In this document: in pieces, positions 23,264-36,303 of the stretch
Numbering within the stretch: the first letter of the stretch is position 1
Layout: each line of letters opens with the position of its first letter
NCBI GenBank assembly: GCA_963575745.1
Contig: CAUYUJ010000139.1
Coordinates: forward strand, 62,001 to 117,723
Origin: Prorocentrum cordatum
Taxonomy: Eukaryota
Length of the DNA stretch: 55,723 bases
Direction: 5' to 3'
Notes under the pieces: model-generated
The model's input: only the letters and a program-made list of their open reading frames with translations
Told to the model about the DNA's origin: nothing
Database searches by the model: none
Made by a program: the position numbers and the translations under genes

Positions 23264-23335
23264 GACCCCCCGCCCCGTTCTGCCGGCAGACAGCGGCCGC
23301 TCTTCGAGGGTCAGGGCCAGCGACTGGGCGACTGA
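23264..23335 (+). CDS. Probable terminal exon DPPPRSAGRQRPLFEGQGQRLGD* containing an SHP-box motif
   Basis: Pyrimidine tract at 23223-23258 plus aaAG|G acceptor. FEGQGQRLG fits the FxGxGxRLG SHP consensus. TGA at 23333-23335. Confidence 0.6.
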   Translation, partial: DPPPRSAGRQRPLFEGQGQRLGD

Positions 23336-23394
23336 GGGCCGAGAGCGGAGGCCTCCCTTTCCAAGCGCGGAGGCCTCGCTGAGCGCTGGAAACC

Positions 23395-24208
<814 letters not shown>

Positions 24209-24210
<2 letters not shown>

Positions 24211-24620
24211 ACCAGGTCAAACCCAAGTGTCATCAACGATGTTGGAATAAACCTTCCCTCCAAGCTCCCCCTTCATAAGCCCCTACAACGGTTCATTTCA
24301 ACTGAGGGAACTGCCTCGTTGGAAAGCCACCGTTTGAAGGCCCTGAAGCATGCCAAAACATTGTTCTCAGGATTCCAACGCCACGGATCAACCTGACGGT
24401 TGCGTCTTGACGATCCTGAACCGTGCCAGAACGCCATTCTTGGGACTTCAACACCGCGAGTCAACGTACGTCATTGTTTCGCCCTCAATCCGGAATCTTT
24501 CCACAACATCATATCTGGTACGCTGATCATGGGAATCCGTGAAACTCGTGCAATGTTCTGAACCCACTGTGCGCGGCGCTAAGGCGAGAACCACATACAT
24601 AATCTACAATTTCATGTACG
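24209..24620 (+). repeat. Interspersed repeat beginning GACCAG.T.AAACCCAA...TCAACGATGTTGGAAT, copy 1
   Basis: Homologous to 24877-25070 and 51913-52300. Every copy directly follows a (GAG)n tract. Confidence 0.75.
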
Positions 24621-24876
24621 TTTGTCTCAGGCGAAACACCCAGCCCGCCCTAAAAACAGGCCCCGGGGTGCGGCAGGTAGAAGTTATTCAGAAGGAACAG
24701 GAATGGAGGACCAGGAGGAGGAGAAGGAGGAGGGGATTCTGCTGCTGCTGATGATAATGAGGAGGGGGAGGAAGAGGACCTGCAGGAACCAGGAAGACCA
24801 GGAGGAGGAGGAGGAGGAGTACCAGGAGGACAAGGAGGAACAGGAGGAGGAGGAGGAAGAGGAGGAGGAGGAGGAG

Positions 24877-25070
24877 GACCAGTGTAAACCCAACAGTTAT
24901 CAACGCTGCTGGGATAATCCCTTCCTCCAAGCTCCTTCTTCATAGTCCCCTACAAGGGTTCATCACCACTCAGTGAACTGCTTCGTTGGGAGACAACCGT
25001 TTGAGGACCCTGATGCATGCCAAAACATGGACATGGCGGTTGCGTCTTGACGATGCTCAACTGTTTCGGC
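24877..25070 (+). repeat. Same interspersed repeat, partial copy 2
   Basis: GACCAGTGTAAACCCAAC...TCAACGCTGCTGGGAT...CGGTTGCGTCTTGACGAT. Confidence 0.7.
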
Positions 25071-25487
25071 CTCGTAATCCTGATTTTCCCGGAAAGGGCT
25101 CCGGCCCAGGGTTCTCTTTTAGTAGGTAAACCTGTCCCCCGGTGCCAACTTGAGGGAGGCCGGCGAATTTTTTCCCTGATAAATAACGAGGTCGAAGGAG
25201 GCCGGCGAATTAAAATTTGAGGAAGTCTCGAGCGAAACGCTTGTTTTGAAATCCCGATGATAATCACAGGGTGCGGGCCACTTTTTCGTGTGTTTGAAGA
25301 TGTCTCGAGGCGAAACGCTTGCTCCGCAGAGTTTTGCCGAGGATGTCTCGAGCGAACGCTTGTTTCTGCAGAGCCGACTCCGCGACGCCGGAAAAGCGCC
25401 CCGCGCGAAGGAATTTCGATGATGTCTCGACTAATTCGTTTGTTTTTGTTACGATTTCAGGATTTTGGCAGGATGTCTCGAGCGAAT

Positions 25488-26460
25488 AGCACGACCCCAC
25501 CCTAGCACGACCCAAACCCCTGCACGACCACCCCCAGCACGACCAGACCCAGCACGAACCCCACCCCAGCTCGGACCCCACCCAGCACGACCATCCCCAG
25601 CACGACCACCCCCCAGCACGCCCGACCCCAGACGACCCTGCTCCCAGCAATGACCCAACCCCAGCACGACCACACCCCAGCACGACCACACCCCAGCACG
25701 ACCCCACCCCAGCACGACCACGCCCCAGCACGACCACGCCCCAGCACGACCACGCCCCAGCACGACCACCTCCCAGCACGACCACACCCCCAGCACGACC
25801 ACCCCCCAGCACGACCACGCCCCAGCACGACCACACCCCAGCACGACCACTCCCCAGCACGACCACACCCCAGCACGAGCACGACCACACCCCAGCAAGA
25901 CCACACCCCAGCACGACCACACCCCAGCACGACCACACCCCAGCACGACCCGATCGATAAATCACAGGGTGCGGAGCACCCCAGCACGAACCCACCCCAG
26001 CACGACCCCACCCCAGCACGACCCCACCCCAGCACGACCACGCCCCAGCATGACCACACCCCAGCACGACCACACCCCAGCACGACCACTCCCCAGCACG
26101 ACCCCACCCCAGCACGACCCCACCCTAGCACGACCACACCCCAGCACGACCACACCCCAGCACGACCCCACCCCAGCACGATCACACCCCAGCACGACCC
26201 CACCCCAGCAAGACCACACCCCAGCACGACCGCACCCCAGCACGACCTTACCACAGCACGACCAAACCCCAGCACGACCACGCCCCAGCACGACCACGCC
26301 CCAGCACGACCACGCCCCAGCACGACCACGCCCCAGCACGACCACGCCCCAGCACGACCACCCCCCAGCACGACCACCCCCCCAGCACGACCACCCCCCA
26401 GCACGACCACCCCCCAGCACGACCACACCCCAGCACGACCACTCCCCAGCACGACCACAC
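25488..26460 (+). repeat. ~16 bp minisatellite (CCCCAGCACGACCACA)n, about 60 copies
   Basis: Read directly. A short interruption lies at ~25950-25978. Confidence 0.95.
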
Positions 26461-26484
26461 CGCCTTGGTTGAGTGGTTGCTGTC

Positions 26485-26630
26485 GTCGTGGAATGTTTCG
26501 TGGGGTGTCTCGTGGAATGTTTCGCGGGGTGTCTCGTGAAATGTTTCGTGAGGTGTCTCGTGGAATGTTTCGTGATGTGTCTCGTGGGCTGTTTCGTGAG
26601 GTGTCTCGTGGGATGTTTCGTGAGGTGTTG
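26485..26630 (+). repeat. 24 bp (2x12) tandem repeat TCGTGGAATGTTTCGTGAGGTGTC
   Basis: Read directly, about 6 units. Confidence 0.85.
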
Positions 26631-26659
26631 CCCAGTTGGGTATCATGAAAACGTGTCCA

Positions 26660-29600
26660 TGCTCCACATGTCTATATCCCTTTCCGGGTTCGTGGGTCCA
26701 TCATGTTTTTTGAAACGACATATCTTGTACGCTGATCATTGGAATCAGTGACACCCGTGCAGTTTTCTAAATCCAATGTGCGCGGCGCCAAGGCGAGAGC
26801 CACATTTTGAAAAGGAACCGCCCTCAACCCGTGAACCTCCTGCAATGTTTTAAAACGAATTTGCGCGGCGCTACTGCGAGAGCCACATTTTGAACACGAC
26901 CGCCCTCAATCCGTGAAGTCCTTGCCAATTTTCCCGGAAAGGGCGCAGGCCCAGGGTTCTCTTTTAGTTGGTTTCCCCCCGGTTTTGACGGCTGTAGGGC
27001 CGGCGAATTTCTTTTGCGATAAATAACGAGGTCGCGTAGGGCCGGCGAATTAAAAATTGAGGATGTCCCTAGCGAAACGCTTGTTTTTCAGAATTTGTTG
27101 AGGATGTCTCGAGCGAAACGCTGGTTTTGCAGAGTTGGGGATGTCTCGAGCGAAACGCTTGTTTTCAGAATTGGTTGAAGATGTCTCGAGCGAAACGCTT
27201 GCAGAGCCGACCGCGACGCGGAGAAGCGCCCCACGCGCAGGAATTCCGAGGATGTCTCGCGCGTGCCGCGTCCCGCGCGCAGGAATTTCCAGGATGTCTC
27301 GACTAATTCGTTTATTTTGTCCAGGATGTTTTTGAATTTTGGCAGGATGCCTCGAGCGAAGCGCTTGTTTTTCAACATTTGTTGAGGATGTCTCGAGCGA
27401 AACGCTGGTTTTGCAGAGTTGGGGGATGTCTCGAGCGAAACGCTTGTTTTTCAGAATTTGTTGAGGATGTCTCGGAGCGAAACGCTGGTTTTGCAGAGTT
27501 GGGGTATCTAAAATGGCGTCGGGCCCAACGCCGAATTATGAGGAAACGCACGGGGGGCCGAAAAGCGCTACCCGAACACATGTCCCAATACAGAAAAGTT
27601 ATGGTTTCTTGCTCTGAACGGGGGGTTGCGCTTTGGGGGCCTCTCCAGGGAAGACGTTGTGAGGATGTCTCGAGCGGGAGCGCGAATTCAGCGTATCCAG
27701 GTCACGCAGAGGGGTATCTAACATGGCTGCCCCGAGCTGGAACCACGTGTTTTTTCATGCTCAGGCCACCCAGGGAGATCTCTAACATGATTGTCCCGAG
27801 CTGGAACCACGTGTTTTACGTGTCCAGGCCACCCAGGGGGTATCTCTCATGGTTGTCCCGAGCTGGCACCGTGTTTTACGTGTCCAGGCCACCAACACGA
27901 CGCTTGTCCCCAGCACGTTCTGTAGCGCGTCCCCTTGGCACGTCCCGCGGTGCGTCCCCGTGGCACGTCCCCTGGCGCGTCGCCTGGCGCGTCCCTTGGA
28001 ACGTTCCGCGGCGCGTCTTCCTGGCATGTTTCCTTGTCAATTAGCTCTGGGGCAGCTACTACGTGGACTATGTGCTCGGGCAGCTCGAGCTTAAGATCCA
28101 GATCAGTTCGGTCAGGACTCGGATGCAAAGGAGGACTCGATCCACAACGCTGTAGAGCACAATCGCGGCATGGCACATCGCAGTTCAGCATGGCGCAGCA
28201 CAGCACAGCCCTCGGCACGGTACATCAAGATCGATACACTAACTCAGCATTGCAACTTGTCACGTTCTTTGGCACGTTCCGTGGCGCGTCCTGTGGCGAG
28301 TCCCCCTGGCACGTCGCGCGGCGCGTCCCTTGGCACGTCCCGTGGCACGTCCATTGGCACGTTCCGTAGCGCGTCCCCTTGGCACGTCCCGCGGTGCGTC
28401 CCCATGGCACGTCCCTTGGCATGTCGCCTGGCGCGTCCCTTGGAACTTTCTGCGGCGCGTCCTCCTGGCATGTTCCCCTGTCAATCAGCTCTTGGGCAGC
28501 TACTATGTGCTCAGACAGCTCGAGCTTAAGATGCAGATCAGTTCGGTCAGGACTCGGATGCAAAGGAGGACTCGATCCACAACGCTAAAGAGCACAATCG
28601 TCACGTGGCACATCGCAGTTCAGCACAGCGCAGCACAACACAGCCCTCGTCACGGTACATCAAGATCGATACACTCACTCAACTTTGCAATTTGGCACGT
28701 TCTTTGGCACGTTCCGTGGCGCGTCCTGTGGCGAGTCCCCCTGGCACGTCGCGCGGCGCGTCCCCTGGCACGTCCCGTGGCACGTCCATTGGCACGTTCC
28801 GTAGCGCGTCCCCTTGGCACGTCCCGCGGTGCGTCCCCGTGGCACGTCCCCCGGCACCTCGCTTGGTGCGTCCCTTGGCACGTCCCGTGGCACGTCCATT
28901 GGCACGTTCCGTAGCGCGTCCCCTTGGCACGTCCCGCGGTGCGTACCCATGGCACGTCCCCTGGCACGTCGCCTTGCGCGCCCCTTGGGACGTTCTGCGG
29001 CGCGTCCTCCTGGCATGTTCCCCTGTCAATCAGCTCTGGGGCAGCTACTAGTTCTGTGCTTAGGCAGCTCGAGCTTAAGATGCAGATCAGTTCGGTCAGG
29101 ACTCGGATGCAAAGAAGGACTCGATCCACAACGCTATAGAGCACAATCGTGGCATGGCACATCGCAATTCAGCACGGCGCAGCACGGTACATCAAGATCG
29201 ATACACTAAGCATTGCATGTGCCCGTCGCCCAATCAGGTGTTTTTGAAACGTTGCCACGTCTTACATTTCTATGTTCCTTTCCGGGTTCGTGGGTCGATC
29301 ATGTTCCCGGAAAGGGCGCAGGCCCAGGGTTCTCTTTTAGTTGGTTTCCCCCCGGTTTTGACGGCTGTAGGGCCGGCGAATTTCTTTTGCGATAAATAAC
29401 GAGGTCGCGTAGGGCTGGCGAATTAAAATGTGCAGATGTCCCTAGCGAAACGCTTGTTTTTGAAATCGCGATCGATAAATCACAGGGTGCGGGACACGTT
29501 TTGGTCAGGGGCATGGCCCCAGGAAGCCCCAGGACGCCCCAGGATGTTTAGGGAATGCCTAGGAAGTCCCAGGAGGCCCCAGGAGAGCCCAGGAGGCCCC

Positions 29601-32600
29601 AGGAGGCCCCAGGACGTCCCAGGACGTCCCAGAAGGCTTCAGGAGGCCCCAGAAGGCTCCAGGAGGCCCCAGGAATGCCGAGGAGGCCCGAGGAGGCCTT
29701 AGGAAGGCCCAGGAGGCGAAAGGGGCGAAAGGGACCCACGTGTTTTCACACTTGTTCGGCTCAGGGGCGAAAGGGACCCACGTGTTTTCACGCTTGTTCC
29801 GTTCAGGGACGAAAGGGGCCCACGTGTTTTCACGCTTGTTCCGCTCAGGGGCGAAAGGGACCCACGTGTTTTCACGCTTATTCCTGTCAGGGGCGAAAGG
29901 GACCCACGTGTTTTCACGCTTGTTCCGCTCAGGGGCGAAAAGGGACCCACGTGTTTTCACGCTTGTTTTTCAGAATTTGTTGAGGATGTCTCGAGCGAAA
30001 CGCTGGTTTTGCAGAGTTGGGGATGTCTCAAGCGAAACGCTTGTTTTCAGAATTTGTTGAGGATCTCTCGAGCGAAACGCTGGTTTTGCAGAGCTGACCG
30101 CAACGCGGAAAAGCGCCCCGTGCGCAAGAATTCCGAGGATGTCTCGCGCGTGCAGGGATTTCGAGGATGTCTCGACTAATTCGCTTGTTTTGTCAGGATT
30201 TCTTTGGATTTTGACAGAATGTCTCACGCTTGTTGTTTCAACATTTGTTGAGGATGTCTCGAGCGAAACGCTGGTTTTGCAAAATTGGGGGATGTCTCGA
30301 GCGGGGGCCTCGTGGGGGGCTTTGTGGGGTGCCAGAATTCAGAGGATGTCTCAGGCGAAATGATTGTTTTCACGTCCCGCCCGCAGGAATTCTGAGGAGG
30401 TCTCGCGCGTGCCGCGTCCCGCGCGCAGGAATTCTGAGGATGTTGGCAAGATGTCTCGAGCGAAACGCGTGTCCCCAGCACGTTCCGTAGCGCGTCCCCT
30501 TGGCACGTCCCGCGGTGCGTCCCCATGGCACGTCCCTTGGCACGTCGCTTGGCGGGTCCCTTGAGACGTTCCGCGTCGCGTCCTCCTTGCATGTCCCCCT
30601 GTCAATTAGCTCTGGGGCAGCTACTATGTGCTGAGGCAGCTCGAGCTTAAGATCCAGATCAGTTCGGTCAGGACTCGGATGCAAAAGAGGACTCGATCCA
30701 CGAGGCTATAGAGTACAATCGAGGCATACTACATCGCAATTCAACACGGCGCAGCACAGCACAGATTTCGGCACGGTACATCAAGATCGATACACTCAGC
30801 ATTGCCACTTGGCACGTCCCTTGGCACGTTCCGTGGGGCGTCCCTTGGCGAGTCCACCTGGAACGTCGCGCGGCGCGTCCCCTGGCACATCCATTGGCAC
30901 GTTCCGTAGCGCGTCCCCTTGGCACGTCCCGCGGTGCGTCCCCATGGCACGTCCCTCGGCACGTCGCCTGGCGCATCCCTTGGGACTTTTCGCGGCGCGT
31001 CCTCCTGGCATGTTCCCCTGTCAATTAGCTGTGGGGCAACTACTATGTGTTCAGGCAGCTCGAGCTTAAGATCCAGATCAGTTCGGTCAGGACTCGGATG
31101 CAAAGGAAGACTCGATCCACGACGCTATAGAGCACAACCGCGGCATGCCACATCGCAATTCAGCACGGCCAAGCACAGCACAGCCCTCGGCAGGGTACAT
31201 CAAGAGCGATACACTCAGCATTGCATTTGCCCGTCACCCAGTCGGGTGTCTTTGAAAACGCTGCCATGTGTTACGGTTCTATATTCCTTTCCGGGTTCGT
31301 GGGTCGATCATGTTTACAACAAAGCCGATGTGCGCGGCGCTTAGGCGAGAGCCATATTTAAAACAACCGCCCGCCCTCAATCCGTGAACTTGCTGTCATT
31401 TTTTCCCGGAAAGGGCATAGGCCCAGGGCTCTCTTCTTTTAGTAGGTTTACCACCGATTTTGACGGCTGTAGGGCCGGCGAATTTCTTTTGCGATAAATA
31501 ACGAGGTCGCGTAGGGCTGGCGAATTAAAATGTGCAGATGTCTCGAGCGAAACGCTTGTGTTTCAGAATCTGTTGAGGATGTCTCGAGCGAAACGCTTGT
31601 TTTGTGTTATAGATTGTCCTCTCCTGGGGACTTGAATTCTGAGGATCTCTCAAGTAGATTGCTTGTTTTCACGTGCCCAGGTCTTGAGGATGTCTCGAGC
31701 GAGACGCTCGGTTTCAGGCCTCCAGGTGGCCCAGACAGATGTCTAGCATGAGGATTTGTTGAGGACGTCTCGAACCAGAGGCTTGCTTTCACGTGTCCAG
31801 GTCGCCCAGGCGGATGTCTAGCATGAGCATTTGTTGAGGATGTCTCGAGCGAGACGCTTGTTTGCATGTGTCCAGGTTGCCCAGGCGGATGTCTAGCATG
31901 AGGATGTGCTGACAACGTCTTGAGCGAAACGCGTGTTTTCACGTGTCCAGGTCGCCCAGGCACAGCACAGCCCTCGGCACGATACATCAATATCGAGCCC
32001 TCGGCACCATCAATATCGATACCCTTAGCATTGCAGCCTGGCATGTTGCCTAGCACGTTCCGCGGAGCGTCCCGTGGCGAGTCCCCCTGGCACGTCGCGC
32101 GGTGCACGTCCATTGGCACGTTCCGTAGCGCGTCCCCTTGGCACGTCCCGCGGTGCGTGCCCATGGCACGTCCCCTGGCACGTCGCCTGGCGCGTCCCTT
32201 GGGACGTTCCGCGGCGCGTCCTCTTGGCATGTTCCCTCTGTCGATTAGTTCTGGGGCAGCTACCATCTGCTCAGGCAGCTCGAGCTTACGCTCCAGATCA
32301 GTTCGGTGAGGACTCGGATGCCAGGGAGGACTCGATCCACAACGCTATATTGAGCACAATCGCGGCATGGCACATCGCAGTTCAGCACGGCCCAGCACAG
32401 CACAGCCGTCGGCACGGTACATCAAGATCGATACACTCAACTATGCACCTTGGCACGTTCCTTGGCGCGTTCCGTGGCGAGTCCACCTGGCACGTCGCGC
32501 GGCGCGTCCCCTGGCACGTCCCTCGGCACGTCCATTGGCACGTTCCGTAGCGCGTCCCCTTGGCACGTCCCGCGGTGCGTGCCCATGGCACGTCCCCTGG

Positions 32601-32960
32601 CACGTCGCCTGGCGCGTCCCTTGGGACGTTCCGCGGCGCGTCCTCCTGGCATGTTCCCTCTGTCGATTAGTTCTGGGGCAGCTACCATCTGCTCAGGCAG
32701 CTCGAGCTTACGCTCCAGATCAGTTCGGTGAGGACTCGGATGCCAGGGAGGACTCGATCCACAACGCTATACAGAGCACAATCGCGGCATGGCACATCGC
32801 AGCTCAGCACGGCGTAGCACAGCACAGCCCTCGGCACAGTACATCATCATCGATACATTCAGCATTGCATGTGCCCGTCGCCCAATCAGGTGTCTTTGAA
32901 ATGTTACAATGCCTTACATTTCTATGTTCCTTTCCGGGTTCGTGGGTCGATCATGTTGAG
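26660..32960 (+). repeat. Modular composite satellite region made of ~40 bp GAGGATGTCTCGAGCGAAACGC units, ~420-550 bp GGCACGTCCC-rich units and a ~130 bp TTCCCGGAAAGGG...GGCCGGCGAATTAAAA module
   Basis: The core CAGCTCGAGCTTA.G.T.CAGATCAGTTCGGT.AGGACTCGGATGC recurs at ~28081, 28517, 29065, 30637, 31056, 32276 and 32698. The 130 bp module recurs at ~25085, 26930, 29304 and 31403. Confidence 0.9.
29722..29970 (+). repeat. 42 bp tandem repeat GGGGCGAAAGGGACCCACGTGTTTTCACGCTTGTTCCGCTCA, ~6 copies
   Basis: Read directly, with unit starts at 29722, 29764 and so on. Confidence 0.9.
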
Positions 32961-33059
32961 CTTCAGGGTCATACATGGCGAGGAAGTCTCAGGCGAAAAG
33001 CCCAGACCGTCATAACAATTGGCCTCGGGGTTCGACAGGGAGAAGTCGCTCATTCCGCC

Positions 33060-33430
33060 GGCCCTGGAGCGCTATTTGGGGCCTCGTGGGGCCGTCTTGG
33101 GGGCTTCTTGGGGGCTCCTTGGGAGCGTCTTGGGGCTCATTGGCGGCGTATTGGGCTCCCCTGGGGCCTCTTGGGGCGCTCTTGGGGGCCCCTTGGGGCG
33201 GGGGAGGGGTAGTCGTTGGCAGCCCCCCCTCGGAGGCCACGAATCTCGTGAGGGGTGGCGAAAAATAGCCTCCCCCCTGGGGATCGCCCGGGGGTCAGCC
33301 GGGGATCGGCCGGGGTACTTTTCGTCCGGGGCCCCCCAGGGGCCGCCCCGCGCGCGCGAACTAGAAATATAATTAAGTAGTAACCGGAGATCTTAGCACG
33401 CCTCTGGCCCGTTGGGCCGGCGAATTTATA
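33060..33430 (+). repeat. GGGCCTCTTGG-type repeat ending in a CACGCC...GGCGAATT hairpin
   Basis: Same units as 15125-15912, with the terminal hairpin at 33397-33427. Confidence 0.6.
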
Positions 33431-33442
33431 CGAAAAAGGAGT

Positions 33443-34252
33443 GGATGAGGAGGAGGAGGAGGAGGAGGAGGGCTGGAGGAAGAGGAAGGAGAAAGGAGGA
33501 GGAGGAGGAGGAGGAGGAGGAGGTGAGGAGGAGGCGGAAGAGGAGGAGGAGGAGGAGGATGGAGGAGGAGGAGGAGGAGGAGGAGGAGGGAGGAGGAGGA
33601 GGAGGAGGACCAGGAGGACGGGAGACCAGGAGGACAGGGAGGACCAGGCGGACCAGGAGGACCAGGAGGAAGAGGAATGGAGGAGGAGGAGGCGGAGGAG
33701 GAGGAGGAGGAGGAGGAGGAGGAGGAGGAGGAGGAGGTGGAGAGGGAAGAGGATGATGAGGAGGAGGAGGTGGAGGAGGAGGAGGAGGAGGACCAGGAGG
33801 ACCAGCAGGAGGAGGAGGATGAGGAGGAGGAGGAGCACGAGGAGGAGGAGGAGGAGGAGGAGGAGGAGGACCAGGAGGAGGAGGAGGAGGAGGACCAGGA
33901 GGCCCAGGAGGACCAGGATGACCAGGAGGACTTGGTGGACCATGCGCACCAGGAGCACCAAGAGAAAGAGGCGGAAGAGGAGGATGACGATGATGCTGCA
34001 GATTCTGCTGATGCTGATGCTGCTGATGATGCTGATGATGATGCTGAGGGTGGTGATGCTGATGGCGATGATGGTGATGCTGACGATGCTGACGACTATG
34101 CTGATGATGATGATGATGCTGATGATGTTGCTGCTGCTGATGATGATTAGCGTGATGCTGATGCTGATGCTGTTGACGACGATGTCGATGACGATGACGA
34201 TGATGATGCTGATGACGATGATGATGAGGCTGATGCTGCTGCTGCTGCTGAC

Positions 34253-34283
<31 letters not shown>

Positions 34284-34703
34284 GTGATAACGATGATGCT
34301 GCTGTTGATGCCGATGATGATGATGGTGATGGTGATGATGCTGATGATGACGCTGATGATGCTGATTATGATGCTGGTGAGTGTGCTGATGATGCTGCTG
34401 CTGATGATGATGCTGATGATGATGCTGACGATGCTGATGATGATGCTGATGCGGATGATGATGCTGCTGATGATGATGATGGTGAGGAGGAGGAGGAGGA
34501 GGAGGAGGAGGCAGCGGAGGCGGATGGCCAGGAGGACCAGGAGGACCAGGAGTACCAGGAGGATCAGGAGGAGGGAGAGGATGGGGGAGGAGGAGGAGGA
34601 GGAGGGAGAGGATGGGGGAGGACAGGAGTACCAGGAGGATCAGGAGGAGGAGGATTGAGAGGATGGGGGAGGAGGAGGGTGAGGATGATGATGATGATGG
34701 ATG

Positions 34704-34738
<35 letters not shown>

Positions 34739-35054
34739 TGATGATGATGATGATGATGATGAGTTGAGATGATGATGATGATGTGATGCTGATGCTGATG
34801 CCTGATGCTGATGCTGATGCTGATGCTGATGAGGAGGAGGAGGAGGAGGAGGAGGAGGAGGAGGAGGAGAAGGAGGAGGAGGAGGAGGAGGAGGGAGGGG
34901 GGGAGACGAGGAGGAGGCGGAGGAGGAGGACGGGGGCGAGGACGAGAAAGAGGCGGAGGAGGAAGAGGAGGAGTATGAGGTGAAGGATGATGATGATGCT
35001 GCTGATGATGCTGATGATGCTGATTATGATGATGACGATGCTGATGATGATGCT

Positions 35055-35100
<46 letters not shown>

Positions 35101-35206
35101 GTGCTGATGCCGATAACGATGATGACGATGCTGACGATGATGCTGATGATGATGTCCATGATGATGATGCCGATTTTGCTGCTGGTGATGATGATGCGGA
35201 TGCTGC

Positions 35207-35281
<75 letters not shown>

Positions 35282-35446
35282 CGATAGTGATGATGGTGCT
35301 GCTGATGATGCTGATGCTGCTGATGATGCTGCTGCTGATGATGATGCTAATGATGCTGCTGATGATGAGGATGTTGATTATGCTGCTGCTGATGATGATG
35401 CTGATGCTGATGATGATGCTGATGATGATGCTGATGATGCTGATGC

Positions 35447-35485
<39 letters not shown>

Positions 35486-36303
35486 GGAGGAGGAGGAGGA
35501 GGAGAAGGAGGATGATGACGATTATGATGATGATGCTGATGCTGATGCTGATGCTGATGCTGATGCTGATGCTTGCTGCTGTGATGTTGATGATGATGAT
35601 GACGATGAAGATGATGATGATGATGATGATGTTTGTTGTTGTTGTTGATGATGATGATGATGATGGAGGAGGAGGAGGAGGAGGAGGAGGAGGAGGAGGA
35701 GGAGGAGGAGGGGGGGACCGGAGAAGCGCCGGAGGAGGAGGAGGAGGAGGAGGAGGGAGGAGTGAGGAGGAGGAGGAGGAGGCGGAGGAGAGGAGGAGGA
35801 GAGGAGAGGAGGAGGAGGAGGAGCGAGGAGGAGGAGGAGGTGGAGGGAGGAGGAGGAGGAGGAGGAGGAGAGGAGGAGCAGGAGGAGGAGGAGGAGGAAT
35901 CAGGAGGAGGAGGAGAGGAGGAGGAGGAGGAGGAGGAGGAGCATGGGAGGAGGTGGAGGGAGGAGGAAGGAGGAGGGAGGAGGAGGAGGAGGAGGGGGAG
36001 GAAGGTGGAGGAGGAGGGGGAAGGGAGAGGAGGAGGAGGAGGAGGAGGAGGGGAGGAGGAGGGAGGAGGAGGAGGAGAGGAGGAGGACAAGGATCAGGAG
36101 GAGGAGGAGGAGAGGAGGAGGAGAAGGAGGAGGAGGAGGAGGACGAGGAGGATGAGGTGGAGGAGCAGGATGAGCAGGAGGAGGAGGAAGCGGAGGAGGA
36201 GGAGGAGGTGGAGGAAGAGGAGGAGGAGGACCAGGAGGACCAGCAGGAGGAGGAGCAGGAGGAGGAGGAGGAGGAGGAGGAGGAGGAGGAGGAGGAGGAG
36301 GAG
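33443..36303 (+). repeat. (GAG)n/(GAT)n microsatellite field
   Basis: Read directly. Confidence 0.97.

Noticed and set aside
25488..26460. Regular repeats resembling a CRISPR array (also 29722-29970 and 50611-51170)
   Set aside because: Units are head-to-tail with no unique spacers, there are no cas genes, and the context is eukaryotic.
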